In this document: positions 35,965-44,965 of the stretch, piece after piece | How positions within the stretch are numbered: position 1 is the stretch's first letter | Layout: the number at the start of each line of letters is the position of its first letter | From: Candidatus Multivoradales bacterium | GTDB taxonomy: Bacteria; Acidobacteriota; Thermoanaerobaculia; Multivoradales; JAHEKO01 | Direction: 5' to 3' | Assembly (NCBI GenBank): GCA_965223855.1 | Contig: CBDCXM010000009.1 | Location: forward strand, 2,976,001 to 3,040,000 | DNA: 64,000 nt | Program-made: the position numbers and the translations under genes | The notes under the pieces: generated by a model | Databases searched by the model: none | What the model saw: the letters and a program-made list of their open reading frames with translations, nothing else | What the model was told of the DNA's origin: nothing

Positions 35965-37287
35965 TCACTGAACGGGGAGCAACTCCAGAACGGCGATCGT
36001 CATGGCTTCGACCCCTGACGTGACCGCCGGCTCCGGTTCGATGCGGAAAAACGGGGAATGGTGAGCCGGGGCGGGCGGACCACCCTCCTTCTCGGCTTCG
36101 ATCTCCTCCTCGAGTGTCCCACCGACGACGAAGTAGGCGCCGGGGACCTTCTCCTCCGTGCGGGTGAAGTAGGCGAAGTCTTCCGCGCCCATCCCCGACC
36201 GCAGATCGCGGTAGAGACCTTCTTCACCGAAGGCTCCCTCGAAGACCGGTCGCAGGCGAGCGACCAGCGCCTCGTCGTTGACCGTCGTCGGCGTGGACTC
36301 GAAGCCGTGCTCCACAGTGGGGAAGAGCGCCTCGTCGAGACCCGCCGATACGGCGATGCCTCTGGCGATCCTCTCGATGCCCTCGAGGAGGGTTTCGCGA
36401 GTCTCCTCGCTGTCGGCCCTGACCGTCAGCTGGAGCCTGGCCTCGTCGGGGATGATGTTGTGCTTGAAGCCGGCATGGAAGGAGCCGACCGTGACGACTC
36501 CCGGCTCGAGCGGCGAGAGCTCCCGACTGACGAGACTCTGCAGCGCGACGACGATCCGCGACGCGAGGTAGATCGGGTCGCGCCCCTTGTGGGGAGACGC
36601 CCCATGCGCTCCCACCCCACGAACGGTGATGTCGACACTGTCGGAGGAGGAAGCGATGAGGCCCGGCTCGAGGGCGATCTTGCCGGCGGGCTTGCCGGCA
36701 GCGACGTGCAGCGCGAGAGCGAAGTCGGGAACACCGAATCGCTCGTAGAGCCCGTCCTCGAGCATCGCCTTGGCGCCGCCGATGCGTTCCTCCGCCGGCT
36801 GGGCGACGAACATCACGGTACCGCTCCAACGTTCCCTCGCCTCGACGAGCTGGCGCGCCGTACCGATGAGCGAGGTGATGTGGACATCGTGGCCGCAGGC
36901 GTGCATCACCGGCTTGACGACGCCGTCGATGTCCTCCTGCGTAGCGGTCGAGGCGTACTCGAGCCCGCTGTCCTCGAGAATCGGCAGACCGTCCATGTCC
37001 GCGCGCACCAGCACACGAGGGCCTTCGCCGTTCTCTAGTATCCCCACCACGCCGGTACCGCCGACTCGTTCGGTGACGGCAATTCCGAGCTTCCGCAGCT
37101 CATCGGCAATTCTCCGTGCCGTCTCGGTCTCGCGGAACGACAGCTCGGGATTGCGATGGAAGTGTTCGAAAAGGGCGGCCAGGTTGGTTGCGTAGTCCGC
37201 ATCGATCCTGGCCCGCAGATCCTCGGAAGAGGCCGGCATGGCGGCCGACACGGCGAGCAGCAGGAGAAGGGTCCGGCACGAGCGCAT
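35965..37287 (-). CDS. Secreted M20 family amidohydrolase
   Basis: Signal peptide; HRNPELSF, RADMDGLP, MHACGHD, QPAEE, EDFA, HHSP. Confidence 0.92.
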   Translation of the reverse strand: MRSCRTLLLLLAVSAAMPASSEDLRARIDADYATNLAALFEHFHRNPELSFRETETARRIADELRKLGIAVTERVGGTGVVGILENGEGPRVLVRADMDGLPILEDSGLEYASTATQEDIDGVVKPVMHACGHDVHITSLIGTARQLVEARERWSGTVMFVAQPAEERIGGAKAMLEDGLYERFGVPDFALALHVAAGKPAGKIALEPGLIASSSDSVDITVRGVGAHGASPHKGRDPIYLASRIVVALQSLVSRELSPLEPGVVTVGSFHAGFKHNIIPDEARLQLTVRADSEETRETLLEGIERIARGIAVSAGLDEALFPTVEHGFESTPTTVNDEALVARLRPVFEGAFGEEGLYRDLRSGMGAEDFAYFTRTEEKVPGAYFVVGGTLEEEIEAEKEGGPPAPAHHSPFFRIEPEPAVTSGVEAMTIAVLELLPVQ

Positions 37288-37342
37288 CGTCAGGTCTCCA
37301 TCGTTGTTCGTTGTTGGAAGCGGCGATTCCCGGCGGGTTCGG

Positions 37343-39520
37343 CTACTGGAGATAGCCCAACGCCTTGAGACTCGCCTCGAGTTCGGGGTCGATCTCCGCC
37401 TCCGTGGCGGTCAAACGGTAACCGACCTGCAGCAGGGCCGCCTCGATCCTGGCACCCAGATAGTCGGTCGTCACCGGCCACTCGCCGGACAGATCGACCT
37501 CTTCCTTCGGGTCGGCGAGCTTGTCGAACAGCAGACGCGACGCCACGTGCTGGGAGCCGGCGTTCCACTTCTGCACCATCTTCCAACGCCCCTCCGTCAG
37601 GCTGACGGAGCGTGGCCCGTCGAGCTGCAGATGGGAGTAGAGCGGCCGCCGCGGTTCCGACGCCGCGGCGCTTTCGAGCGGCAGGCCGTCCACGAACGGG
37701 GGCTTCTCGGTCCCGGTGTGGGCGAGGATCGTCGGCAGGACGTCCACATGCTGTGCCGGTGCGGCGGTGCGCACCCCTTCGGTCTGCCCCGGGTACTTGA
37801 CGATCAGGGGGACGTCGAGGTTGGCCGCCCGCAGGTTCTTGCCGTGCGTCCAGGCACCATGATCGTAGAACTCCTCTCCGTGATCGGAAGTGAGCACGAT
37901 CAGGGTGTCGTCCCACAGACCCCGTTCCTCCAGCGCCTCGACGAGGGCGCCGAAGTTGCGATCGTTGTCGGCGATCTCGGCGTCGTAGAGGTTGCGCAAC
38001 CCGGGAGCGTCCTCCGGCAGCCACACCTCCTTGCGGCGACCCTCGAGGATCCGCGCCACGAGAGCGTCGGAGTCGGGAGCGAAGCGCTCGCGCAGGTCGG
38101 GTGGCGGGATGTAGGGGTGGTGCGGATCGATCGTGTGGAGGTAGAGGAAGAACGGCTCCTCCCGATCGAGCTCGTCGAGGATCTCGATCGCTCCCCGCGT
38201 GACGAACTTCGAGTTGCGGAAGTTGTCTTCGAACTGGACCCAGCGGTCGAACCCCTGGTCGAATCCGAAGCTGCGGTAGACGTTCGGGTTGGTGACGATC
38301 GCAGCGGTCTGATAGCCGTCGGCCGAGAGCAGGTCGGCGAGGGTCACCGCTTCCTCCATCAGTCGATCGCGCCGCCCGACCGCACCGTGCGCCTCGGGCC
38401 AAAGACCGGTCAGCACCGACGCGACCGAGGCACGAGTCCAGCTCGACTGCGCGACCGCACGCTCGTAGAGCACCGAGCGCGAGGCGAAGGCGTCGATGTA
38501 CGGCGACGTCTCGCGGGAGTAGCCGTAACAGCCGAGATGGTCGGCGCGCAGCGTGTCGATCATGTAGATCAGCACGTTCGGGCGGGTATCGGATGGGGGA
38601 GCGGAGACCGCCGGCTCGCTCGCGAGTTCCGTCGGCGGCGCGACGATTCGTGGCGCCCCCAGGCCCACTCCCGCTCCCGCAGATGCGCGATCGAAGTCGG
38701 TGCTGCGAAGCGACAGCCGGACGATCGTGCGTTCATCGAGGCCGAGATCGATCCTCTGCGGTGCCTCCGGGTCCGCAGCGGTGACGACTCTCTCGGCAGG
38801 AGCGCCGTCGGTCTCGAGAATCATGTCGAGGGCACCCGGCTCCTCGCCGCGAAAGAGCCAGCGGTCGACCTCGAGGGAACTTCCGGCCGGCAGCTCGAGG
38901 AGGTACTCGACGCCGGTCCCGGAGGGAACGAAGAGGAGCCCTCGATCGGAAAGAGCAGAAGGTGCCTCCTCAGCCGCGCGCCCGACCAGCCGGACGCCGT
39001 ACCAGGCGATCCGTACGGCCCGGCGCCGCGTCTCCTCGGACGGATAGCGCAACACCAGACGGTTGTCGCCGAAGCGGACGATTTCCCTCGGCACATGCAC
39101 GTTCACCGGACGCTTCGCCTGACGCTCGAGCACGACAGAACCGACCTCGACGCCGTTGAACTCGACCTCGATCGTCCGGGAGCGCTCCGGTCCGAGCGGC
39201 CTGCCGTCGAGTTCGAAGGTCAGACCCCGCACCGCCACGACCTCGATCTGGAGCTCGGAGCTGAACCCGGTGTTGATGACGAAGGGCGCGCCCCGCTCCG
39301 GCTGCTGGATCGGCGACCAACCCGACACCATCACCGCCCGCGATTCCTCCGCGGCGAAGTCGAGTACCGAGGTCTGGACCCGGGTGCGCGCGAGCGGGAA
39401 CCCCTCGAGAAGATCCGCCACGGGCGCGGTGGAGGCGGGGCCGCTGCCGCAACCTGCGGCGACGAGCCCGGCAAACAGCAGGCCCAGGAGCGCCGGGCAC
39501 CGCAGGCGGCTACGTGGCAT
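37343..39520 (-). CDS. Sulfatase-like lipoprotein with N-terminal beta-rich domains
   Basis: ATG 39520; lipobox AAGC; IDTLRADHL, WTRASVASVLTG, DPHHPY, TSDHGEEF, LKALGYL. Confidence 0.85.
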   Translation of the reverse strand: MPRSRLRCPALLGLLFAGLVAAGCGSGPASTAPVADLLEGFPLARTRVQTSVLDFAAEESRAVMVSGWSPIQQPERGAPFVINTGFSSELQIEVVAVRGLTFELDGRPLGPERSRTIEVEFNGVEVGSVVLERQAKRPVNVHVPREIVRFGDNRLVLRYPSEETRRRAVRIAWYGVRLVGRAAEEAPSALSDRGLLFVPSGTGVEYLLELPAGSSLEVDRWLFRGEEPGALDMILETDGAPAERVVTAADPEAPQRIDLGLDERTIVRLSLRSTDFDRASAGAGVGLGAPRIVAPPTELASEPAVSAPPSDTRPNVLIYMIDTLRADHLGCYGYSRETSPYIDAFASRSVLYERAVAQSSWTRASVASVLTGLWPEAHGAVGRRDRLMEEAVTLADLLSADGYQTAAIVTNPNVYRSFGFDQGFDRWVQFEDNFRNSKFVTRGAIEILDELDREEPFFLYLHTIDPHHPYIPPPDLRERFAPDSDALVARILEGRRKEVWLPEDAPGLRNLYDAEIADNDRNFGALVEALEERGLWDDTLIVLTSDHGEEFYDHGAWTHGKNLRAANLDVPLIVKYPGQTEGVRTAAPAQHVDVLPTILAHTGTEKPPFVDGLPLESAAASEPRRPLYSHLQLDGPRSVSLTEGRWKMVQKWNAGSQHVASRLLFDKLADPKEEVDLSGEWPVTTDYLGARIEAALLQVGYRLTATEAEIDPELEASLKALGYLQ

Positions 39521-40358
39521 CGTCCCGATCGATCGACAGCGGGATCGAGGAGCTTCCGCGACCGGCATGCACACTCAGCTGAGGGAAGGGGATCTCGATC
39601 CCCGCTTCCCGGAACGCTCCGTGGATTTCCTCCTGGAGACCTGTCTTCAGTTCGAGATAGCTCTCCTGAGTAGCCCAGACCGCGAGATGGAGATCGACCG
39701 ACGAGCTTCCGAACGCAGTCACCCAGAGAATCGGCGCCGGCTGCTCCAGCGACAGCGGATTGCGGTCGCAGACCTCGAGCAGAACCTTGCGCACCCGACC
39801 GAGATCCTCCCCGTAGCCGACCCCGAACTTCAGGTCCGCCCTGCGGATGGGAAAGCGGGTGAGCGAAGTGACCTCGGACTTGATCAGGGTCTCGTTGGGG
39901 ATACGCACGTAGAGGTTGTCGAAGGTCCTCAGCTTGACCGACAGCAGGTCGATCGACAGGACCTCGCCGATCGTCGATCCGACGCGGATCGTGTCGCCGA
40001 CGCCGAAGGGTCGTTCGCCGATCAGGAAGAGCCCGCTGATGATGTTCGACGCCGAGGTCTGGGAGGCGAAACCGATCGCCACAGAGAGGATCCCGGCGGC
40101 GCCGAGCAGAATCGTCAGATCGAACCCGACCTCGTTCAGCGCCGCGGCGAGGAAGAGCGCGCAGACACCGTAGAACACCGCCCGTCGCGCGAGCCGCGCA
40201 GCCTCGATCTCGACCTTCGAATGGAGAAGGCGCTCGACCGCGGCACCGAGCAACCGCGCTGCCACGAGACCGAGAGCGAGGATGAGCGCCGCGCGGGCGA
40301 CTGCGATCAGGGTCCCGGAGGTCCACCAGCGCTCGAGCAGGGCACCGAGGTCAATCAC
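39510..40358 (-). CDS. Small-conductance mechanosensitive channel (MscS family)
   Basis: GFASQ..SNIISG, RPFGVGD, IPNE, IEIPFPQ. Confidence 0.93.
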   Translation of the reverse strand: MIDLGALLERWWTSGTLIAVARAALILALGLVAARLLGAAVERLLHSKVEIEAARLARRAVFYGVCALFLAAALNEVGFDLTILLGAAGILSVAIGFASQTSASNIISGLFLIGERPFGVGDTIRVGSTIGEVLSIDLLSVKLRTFDNLYVRIPNETLIKSEVTSLTRFPIRRADLKFGVGYGEDLGRVRKVLLEVCDRNPLSLEQPAPILWVTAFGSSSVDLHLAVWATQESYLELKTGLQEEIHGAFREAGIEIPFPQLSVHAGRGSSSIPLSIDRDDAT

Positions 40359-41175
40359 GGTCCATCCTCGAATCCGGCTGAAACAGGCCGAAGAAGGCGC
40401 GGGCGAGGAGGCTGGTCTCCCCGGGCGCCCTGGGCGACTGGATCGACTCCGCCCGGGCGGCTTCCTTGGGCGGGCCGGAAGCGACCTCCACCTCTACCGA
40501 ACCGTCCTCCCGCTCGCGGCGCATCGTCACCGCATTCGTCCACAATCGACCGTCGTCCGCCTCGAACAGCGTCAGAGTGCGGACCGGCAGTTTGACTCCG
40601 GTGATCGCGGACGGGGTCGCCGCCCGATTGACGACCCGGAGCGGGGTCACCGCCCTGGTCGTCGTGTGCTTGAAGTTCTCGAGGGACTGAACCGCGCGCG
40701 ACCGGCTGGCGTAGCACAGCTCTCCCTCGAGCTTCGACGGCCCGAACCAGGTATCGCTGCTGCGCCTCAGCGGACTCTCGACGACGACGGACGGAGGAGT
40801 CTGGACCTCGACCTGAGCCCACAAACCGGTCGAGACGTAGAGCGTCGCGCTCTGGCCCGGAAGCAGGTGCGTCGCGACCCGCGGCGACGCCACGACCGAT
40901 CGATCCGCCAGCGTCGGTCTGATCCTGAGGCTCGAGCTTTCCTCGTCGAAAACGAAGCGACTGATCGTCGCGAGATCGTCCAGGTCGAGCCCTTCCCCGC
41001 GGGAAAGGCGCCACTCCCGCTCGTCCCCGTCCAGCCGCTCGGCAGAACGGCTCACCTGCACCTGCCATTCGCCGAAGTCGCTCTGCACTCGCAGGTCCAG
41101 CTCTTCGGCACGCAGTCGCAGGGAGTCGCCGGACGGGAGATCGAAGTCCCCCCACCAGCGGTTCGGCTGTGGCAT
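40351..41175 (-). CDS. Conserved hypothetical protein (DUF432-like)
   Basis: ATG 41175; DRSVVASP, SDTWFGP..EGELCY, LWT motifs recalled from MscS-associated DUF432-like proteins; overlaps the mscS start. Confidence 0.6.
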   Translation of the reverse strand: MPQPNRWWGDFDLPSGDSLRLRAEELDLRVQSDFGEWQVQVSRSAERLDGDEREWRLSRGEGLDLDDLATISRFVFDEESSSLRIRPTLADRSVVASPRVATHLLPGQSATLYVSTGLWAQVEVQTPPSVVVESPLRRSSDTWFGPSKLEGELCYASRSRAVQSLENFKHTTTRAVTPLRVVNRAATPSAITGVKLPVRTLTLFEADDGRLWTNAVTMRREREDGSVEVEVASGPPKEAARAESIQSPRAPGETSLLARAFFGLFQPDSRMDRD

Positions 41176-41272
41176 CGATGTCGTTTCTCTGGCAGTCACT
41201 ACGGGGGCGGAGTCTAGCCTGAACGGCCCTGGCCGGTTGACGCCGCAGGCCGCCGATGGAACGCTTCGCCCG

Positions 41273-41635
41273 ATGTTGAGGATGTCCATGGACCTCTTCG
41301 AGGCGGCGGTCGAGTCGGCGCTCCAGACGATCCCTCCCGACCTGCTGGCCCATCTCGAGAACGTCGTCGTGGTGGCCGAAGACGAGCCGTCCTGCGACGA
41401 CCTCGAGTCGGTCGGTCTCGGACCGGAGGACTCTCTGTTCGGCCTCTACCAGGGGGTGCCGCTGCCCCTGAGGGAAACCGGGGGCTTCGGCGAGCTGCCG
41501 GATCGCATCGTCATCTACCGCAGACCCCTGCTCGAGGCCTGCGCCGATCGCAGGGAGTTGATGCGAGAGATCCGCGACACCGTCATCCACGAAGTCGGGC
41601 ACTACTTCGGCTTCGAGGAGGAGGACCTGCCGTGA
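41273..41635 (+). CDS. Zincin-like (Zincin_1) minimal metallopeptidase
   Basis: LFGLYQGVP, PDRIVIYRRP, HEVGHYFG. Confidence 0.88.
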   Translation: MLRMSMDLFEAAVESALQTIPPDLLAHLENVVVVAEDEPSCDDLESVGLGPEDSLFGLYQGVPLPLRETGGFGELPDRIVIYRRPLLEACADRRELMREIRDTVIHEVGHYFGFEEEDLP

Positions 41636-42612
41636 CGGCCGCCGATGCACGACCCCGGGCGACGCTCGTCGACTACGTGTCGATCGCCCGGCCGAGCCAC
41701 TGGATCAAGCACATCTTCATCGTTCCCGGCATCGTCCTCGCGGCGCTGCTGCAGCCGAGCCGTCCGGCCGATCTTGGATGGAATCTGCTGCTCGGCTTCG
41801 CTTCCGCCGCGTTGATCGCCTCGGCCAACTATGTGCTCAACGAATGGCTCGACGCGGAGTTCGACGCCCATCACCCGGTCAAATCCGAGCGTCCCAACGT
41901 CGTTCGCCGCCTGTCACCGGTCGCTGTGTGGAGCGAGTACGCCCTCCTCGTGCTCGCCGGCCTTGCCCTGGCGAGCCAGGTGTCGCGACTCTTTGCTCTC
42001 ACTGCGGCCGCCTTCGTGGTGAGCGGCTGGATCTACAACGTGCAGCCGCTGCGACTCAAGGACCGGGCGGTGCTGGACGTCGTGGTGGAGGCGCTCAACA
42101 ACCCGATTCGCCTTCTCCTCGGCTGGGCGATGGTCGACGGCTCGACGCTGCCCCCCAGCAGCCTCGCACTGAGCTACTGGGCCGGCGGCGCGTTCCTGAT
42201 GACCGTCAAGCGCCTCGCCGAGCGCCGTTCCGTCCTCGAACGGAGTCCGGAAGCGGTGCTGGCGCGATACCGGAGGTCGTTCGCCACCTACACCGAGAGC
42301 TCGCTGCTGGTGCAGGCGCTCATCTGCGCCGTCACCGCCGCCTTCCTGCTCGCCGTCTTCCTGGTGAAGTACCGGATCGAGTACCTGCTGGCGGTGCCCC
42401 TCTTCGCGGCCCTCTTCGGCCGCTATCTGGCTCTCGGACTCGTCAGCGGGTCGGCCGCCGAGACCCCCGAGCGCCTGTTCCGCGAGAAGGGCCTCGTCGG
42501 GCTCGTGCTCGCCCTTGCGGTCGCGCTGGTCGTCCTGACGCGCTGGGATCTGCCGTGGCTCGAGGTGCTGGCCGATCCACATTTCCTGCGGCTGGACGAG
42601 CTCCTGCCCTGA
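41632..42612 (+). CDS. UbiA-family prenyltransferase, polyprenyl-phosphate phosphoribosyltransferase-like
   Basis: RPSHWIKH, NYVLNEWLD..DAHHPVKSERP, RLKD..LDV, KR.AE; GTGA overlap with the upstream gene. Confidence 0.8.
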   Translation: MTAADARPRATLVDYVSIARPSHWIKHIFIVPGIVLAALLQPSRPADLGWNLLLGFASAALIASANYVLNEWLDAEFDAHHPVKSERPNVVRRLSPVAVWSEYALLVLAGLALASQVSRLFALTAAAFVVSGWIYNVQPLRLKDRAVLDVVVEALNNPIRLLLGWAMVDGSTLPPSSLALSYWAGGAFLMTVKRLAERRSVLERSPEAVLARYRRSFATYTESSLLVQALICAVTAAFLLAVFLVKYRIEYLLAVPLFAALFGRYLALGLVSGSAAETPERLFREKGLVGLVLALAVALVVLTRWDLPWLEVLADPHFLRLDELLP

Positions 42613-42876
42613 GTTGCTCGGCGACTTCGACTCTCGCCGAGATCACCCGGAGTCGCTTGCAGGTCTGGAGCGGTACGGAATGGAACCCTCTACCGTGGGC
42701 GACTCACGCAGGCTCGCGAAGGTAGGAGTCGGGGCGTCGTGAAGGGATTCAGGTAGGGCGAAGGGGCTTCGGCAGTCTGAGTCTCGGCCTCCTTGAGCAG
42801 CAGTTGCCAGGCCTGGTGCGAGCCGGGGATGGCTCGAACTCTTTGGTGTCGGACGCTTGCAGATCGGCTGGAAGCG

Positions 42877-44835
42877 TCAGGAACCGGCCACCAGCGGCGG
42901 TGGCCGCCAGATCGACCACACCACCCGGATCTCGTGGCCGGGATGGAGGCCGTCGAGCGAGTCCCGCTCGAAGCGGATTCTCAGCCTGCGGGCGCCGGGG
43001 GCGAACCGCGTCGTCGTGTAGAGATGGCTGGAGCCGCGTTTGCCGGCGTAGTGGAGAGGGCGCTCGTCACCGTTGACCCGCAATTTTCCCCCTTCGGGGG
43101 CGGGCGCGAGGTCGGGCGTCGGCAGGACGAGCGCTACCGACAACAGGACCTCGTCGTTGCGCAGGGCGGCGACGAGTTCCTCGTCCAGCTCTACTTCGCC
43201 GACCCGGCAGAGTGTCGCCGCAGGGCAGCGTCGCAGCTCGAAGTCGGATGTCCCCTCCGCGCGATGCAGTCTTCGGACCGCCACCATCGACTCGCCACGC
43301 ACACTCAACAACCTTGGTGAGAACGTCTGCAGGTTGCCGCGGCCGGCGCCCGCCATCAGGGCTGCGTGAAAACGCGCACCCGGTTCGACGAGCCGGCGGC
43401 CTCGGAAGATGAGCCCGTCCGCCGCCCGCAGCTCCTCGGGCGGGACGCCGTCGAGACGCTCCACCTCGAGAGTGACGCCCGGAATCGAGCGTTCACCGAA
43501 CCATCCCTCGGGCTCGCCCGCGGCTCCTTCGACGAGGACCGAGCGCACCTCGTCTCGCGGCATCGGCTGTCGCAGGAAGAGCACCGCCTGGTCGTAGGTT
43601 CGCGGTATCCGCTCACGATAGACGTACGTCCAGCCAGGAGTGACGATCCAGACCGCGGCCAGGCTCGCGAGCACTACGGTGGCGAGCGTCCGGTGACGAG
43701 GGGGAAAGGCCTGTCGCAGGAAACCGCCACTGCGAGCGAGCGCCAGCCCCAACCAGAGGCAGGTCAGCGGCACCACCGGCAGTAGGTTGTTGGGCTTGAA
43801 GTAGGTCGTCTGTGAAACGTAGACGAGGAGGTAGAGAATCGGGTAGGCGACGAGGCCCGCCTCGGCAGCGTCCCGCCAGTCGCGCTCTGCACCCACCTTC
43901 GATCGCCGCGTCCACAGCGCGATCGCGACCGCGACGACCGTGACCAGGACGACCAGGCTCGCGCCGCGACCGTGCACCCACCGATCGCCGAAGAACTCCA
44001 GCGACGAGCGCAGGACGTCGAGGCGGGTCTGCCCGAGCGCGTCCGCGCGCATCTGATAGTCCCTCTTCAAAGCCTCCAGGTAGTGAAGGTAGGCCCAGCC
44101 GTACGGATTCGTCACGGCAAAGGCGACGAGGCTCGTGAGGGCGGCGACCCCGAGACGCTTCCACCGCGGAAGGTCGAAGCCGCTCGGCCAGACGGTGGCG
44201 ATGGCGATCGGCGCCGCCACCAGCACCCCCGTCAGCTTGGCGCTGGCTGCCAGGGCGATGCCGACGCCGGTGACGATGGCCCACCGCGTCGAGCTCGCCT
44301 CGAGGCAGCGAACCGTGGCGTAGAGAGTCCATGTCACTGCCAGCACGAGCAGCACATCGGGCTTGAAGATGCCGCTTGCGTGGAGATGCCAGGGGAGGAA
44401 ACAGAGACTCGCCGCGGCCAGCCACCCCGCCGCGTCTCCGTAGAGACGCCGGCCGAGTCCGAAGAGGATCACGACGGTCAACGCTCCGTAGAAGGCCTGC
44501 CATGCACGCAGCCCCATGTAGCCTGCCGCCTCGAAATGCTGCGGTGACATCGCCGACCAGCGATCGTCCCCGGTGGCCCCCTCGACCCGCTCGAGCAGCG
44601 CGACGATTCCCGCCGCAGGGAGATTGAACACTGGAGACGGGTAGTACGACCGGACCGGCCGGAGCGTCCCGTCTTCCAGGATCGAGCGGACGTTCTCGAG
44701 CGCATAGCGCTCGTCCCAGAAGCGCCTCGGATCGAGACCGCCGCTGCCGTACCAGACGCGCATTGCAAGCCCGGCGAGGAAGAGTGCGCCGACGCCCCAG
44801 AAGAGGGCGCGCGAACGGTTGGAGCGGGAGTTCAT
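42877..44835 (-). CDS. GT-C membrane glycosyltransferase (ArnT/PMT-like)
   Basis: TM then FWDE catalytic motif, many TMs, KPD, AKLTG, soluble C-terminal domain. Confidence 0.8.
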   Translation of the reverse strand: MNSRSNRSRALFWGVGALFLAGLAMRVWYGSGGLDPRRFWDERYALENVRSILEDGTLRPVRSYYPSPVFNLPAAGIVALLERVEGATGDDRWSAMSPQHFEAAGYMGLRAWQAFYGALTVVILFGLGRRLYGDAAGWLAAASLCFLPWHLHASGIFKPDVLLVLAVTWTLYATVRCLEASSTRWAIVTGVGIALAASAKLTGVLVAAPIAIATVWPSGFDLPRWKRLGVAALTSLVAFAVTNPYGWAYLHYLEALKRDYQMRADALGQTRLDVLRSSLEFFGDRWVHGRGASLVVLVTVVAVAIALWTRRSKVGAERDWRDAAEAGLVAYPILYLLVYVSQTTYFKPNNLLPVVPLTCLWLGLALARSGGFLRQAFPPRHRTLATVVLASLAAVWIVTPGWTYVYRERIPRTYDQAVLFLRQPMPRDEVRSVLVEGAAGEPEGWFGERSIPGVTLEVERLDGVPPEELRAADGLIFRGRRLVEPGARFHAALMAGAGRGNLQTFSPRLLSVRGESMVAVRRLHRAEGTSDFELRRCPAATLCRVGEVELDEELVAALRNDEVLLSVALVLPTPDLAPAPEGGKLRVNGDERPLHYAGKRGSSHLYTTTRFAPGARRLRIRFERDSLDGLHPGHEIRVVWSIWRPPPLVAGS

Positions 44836-44965
44836 GGCCGGGGCCGGAGAGGCTCAACGGACCCTAGCAGACCGCCGCCATGGCGCCCTACTCGAGCCAC
44901 AAGCGTCGTCAGGCGAGGCCGGAGCGGCACGGCGGCTGCAGCGGCCCACCATGCCAGAATGCCCC

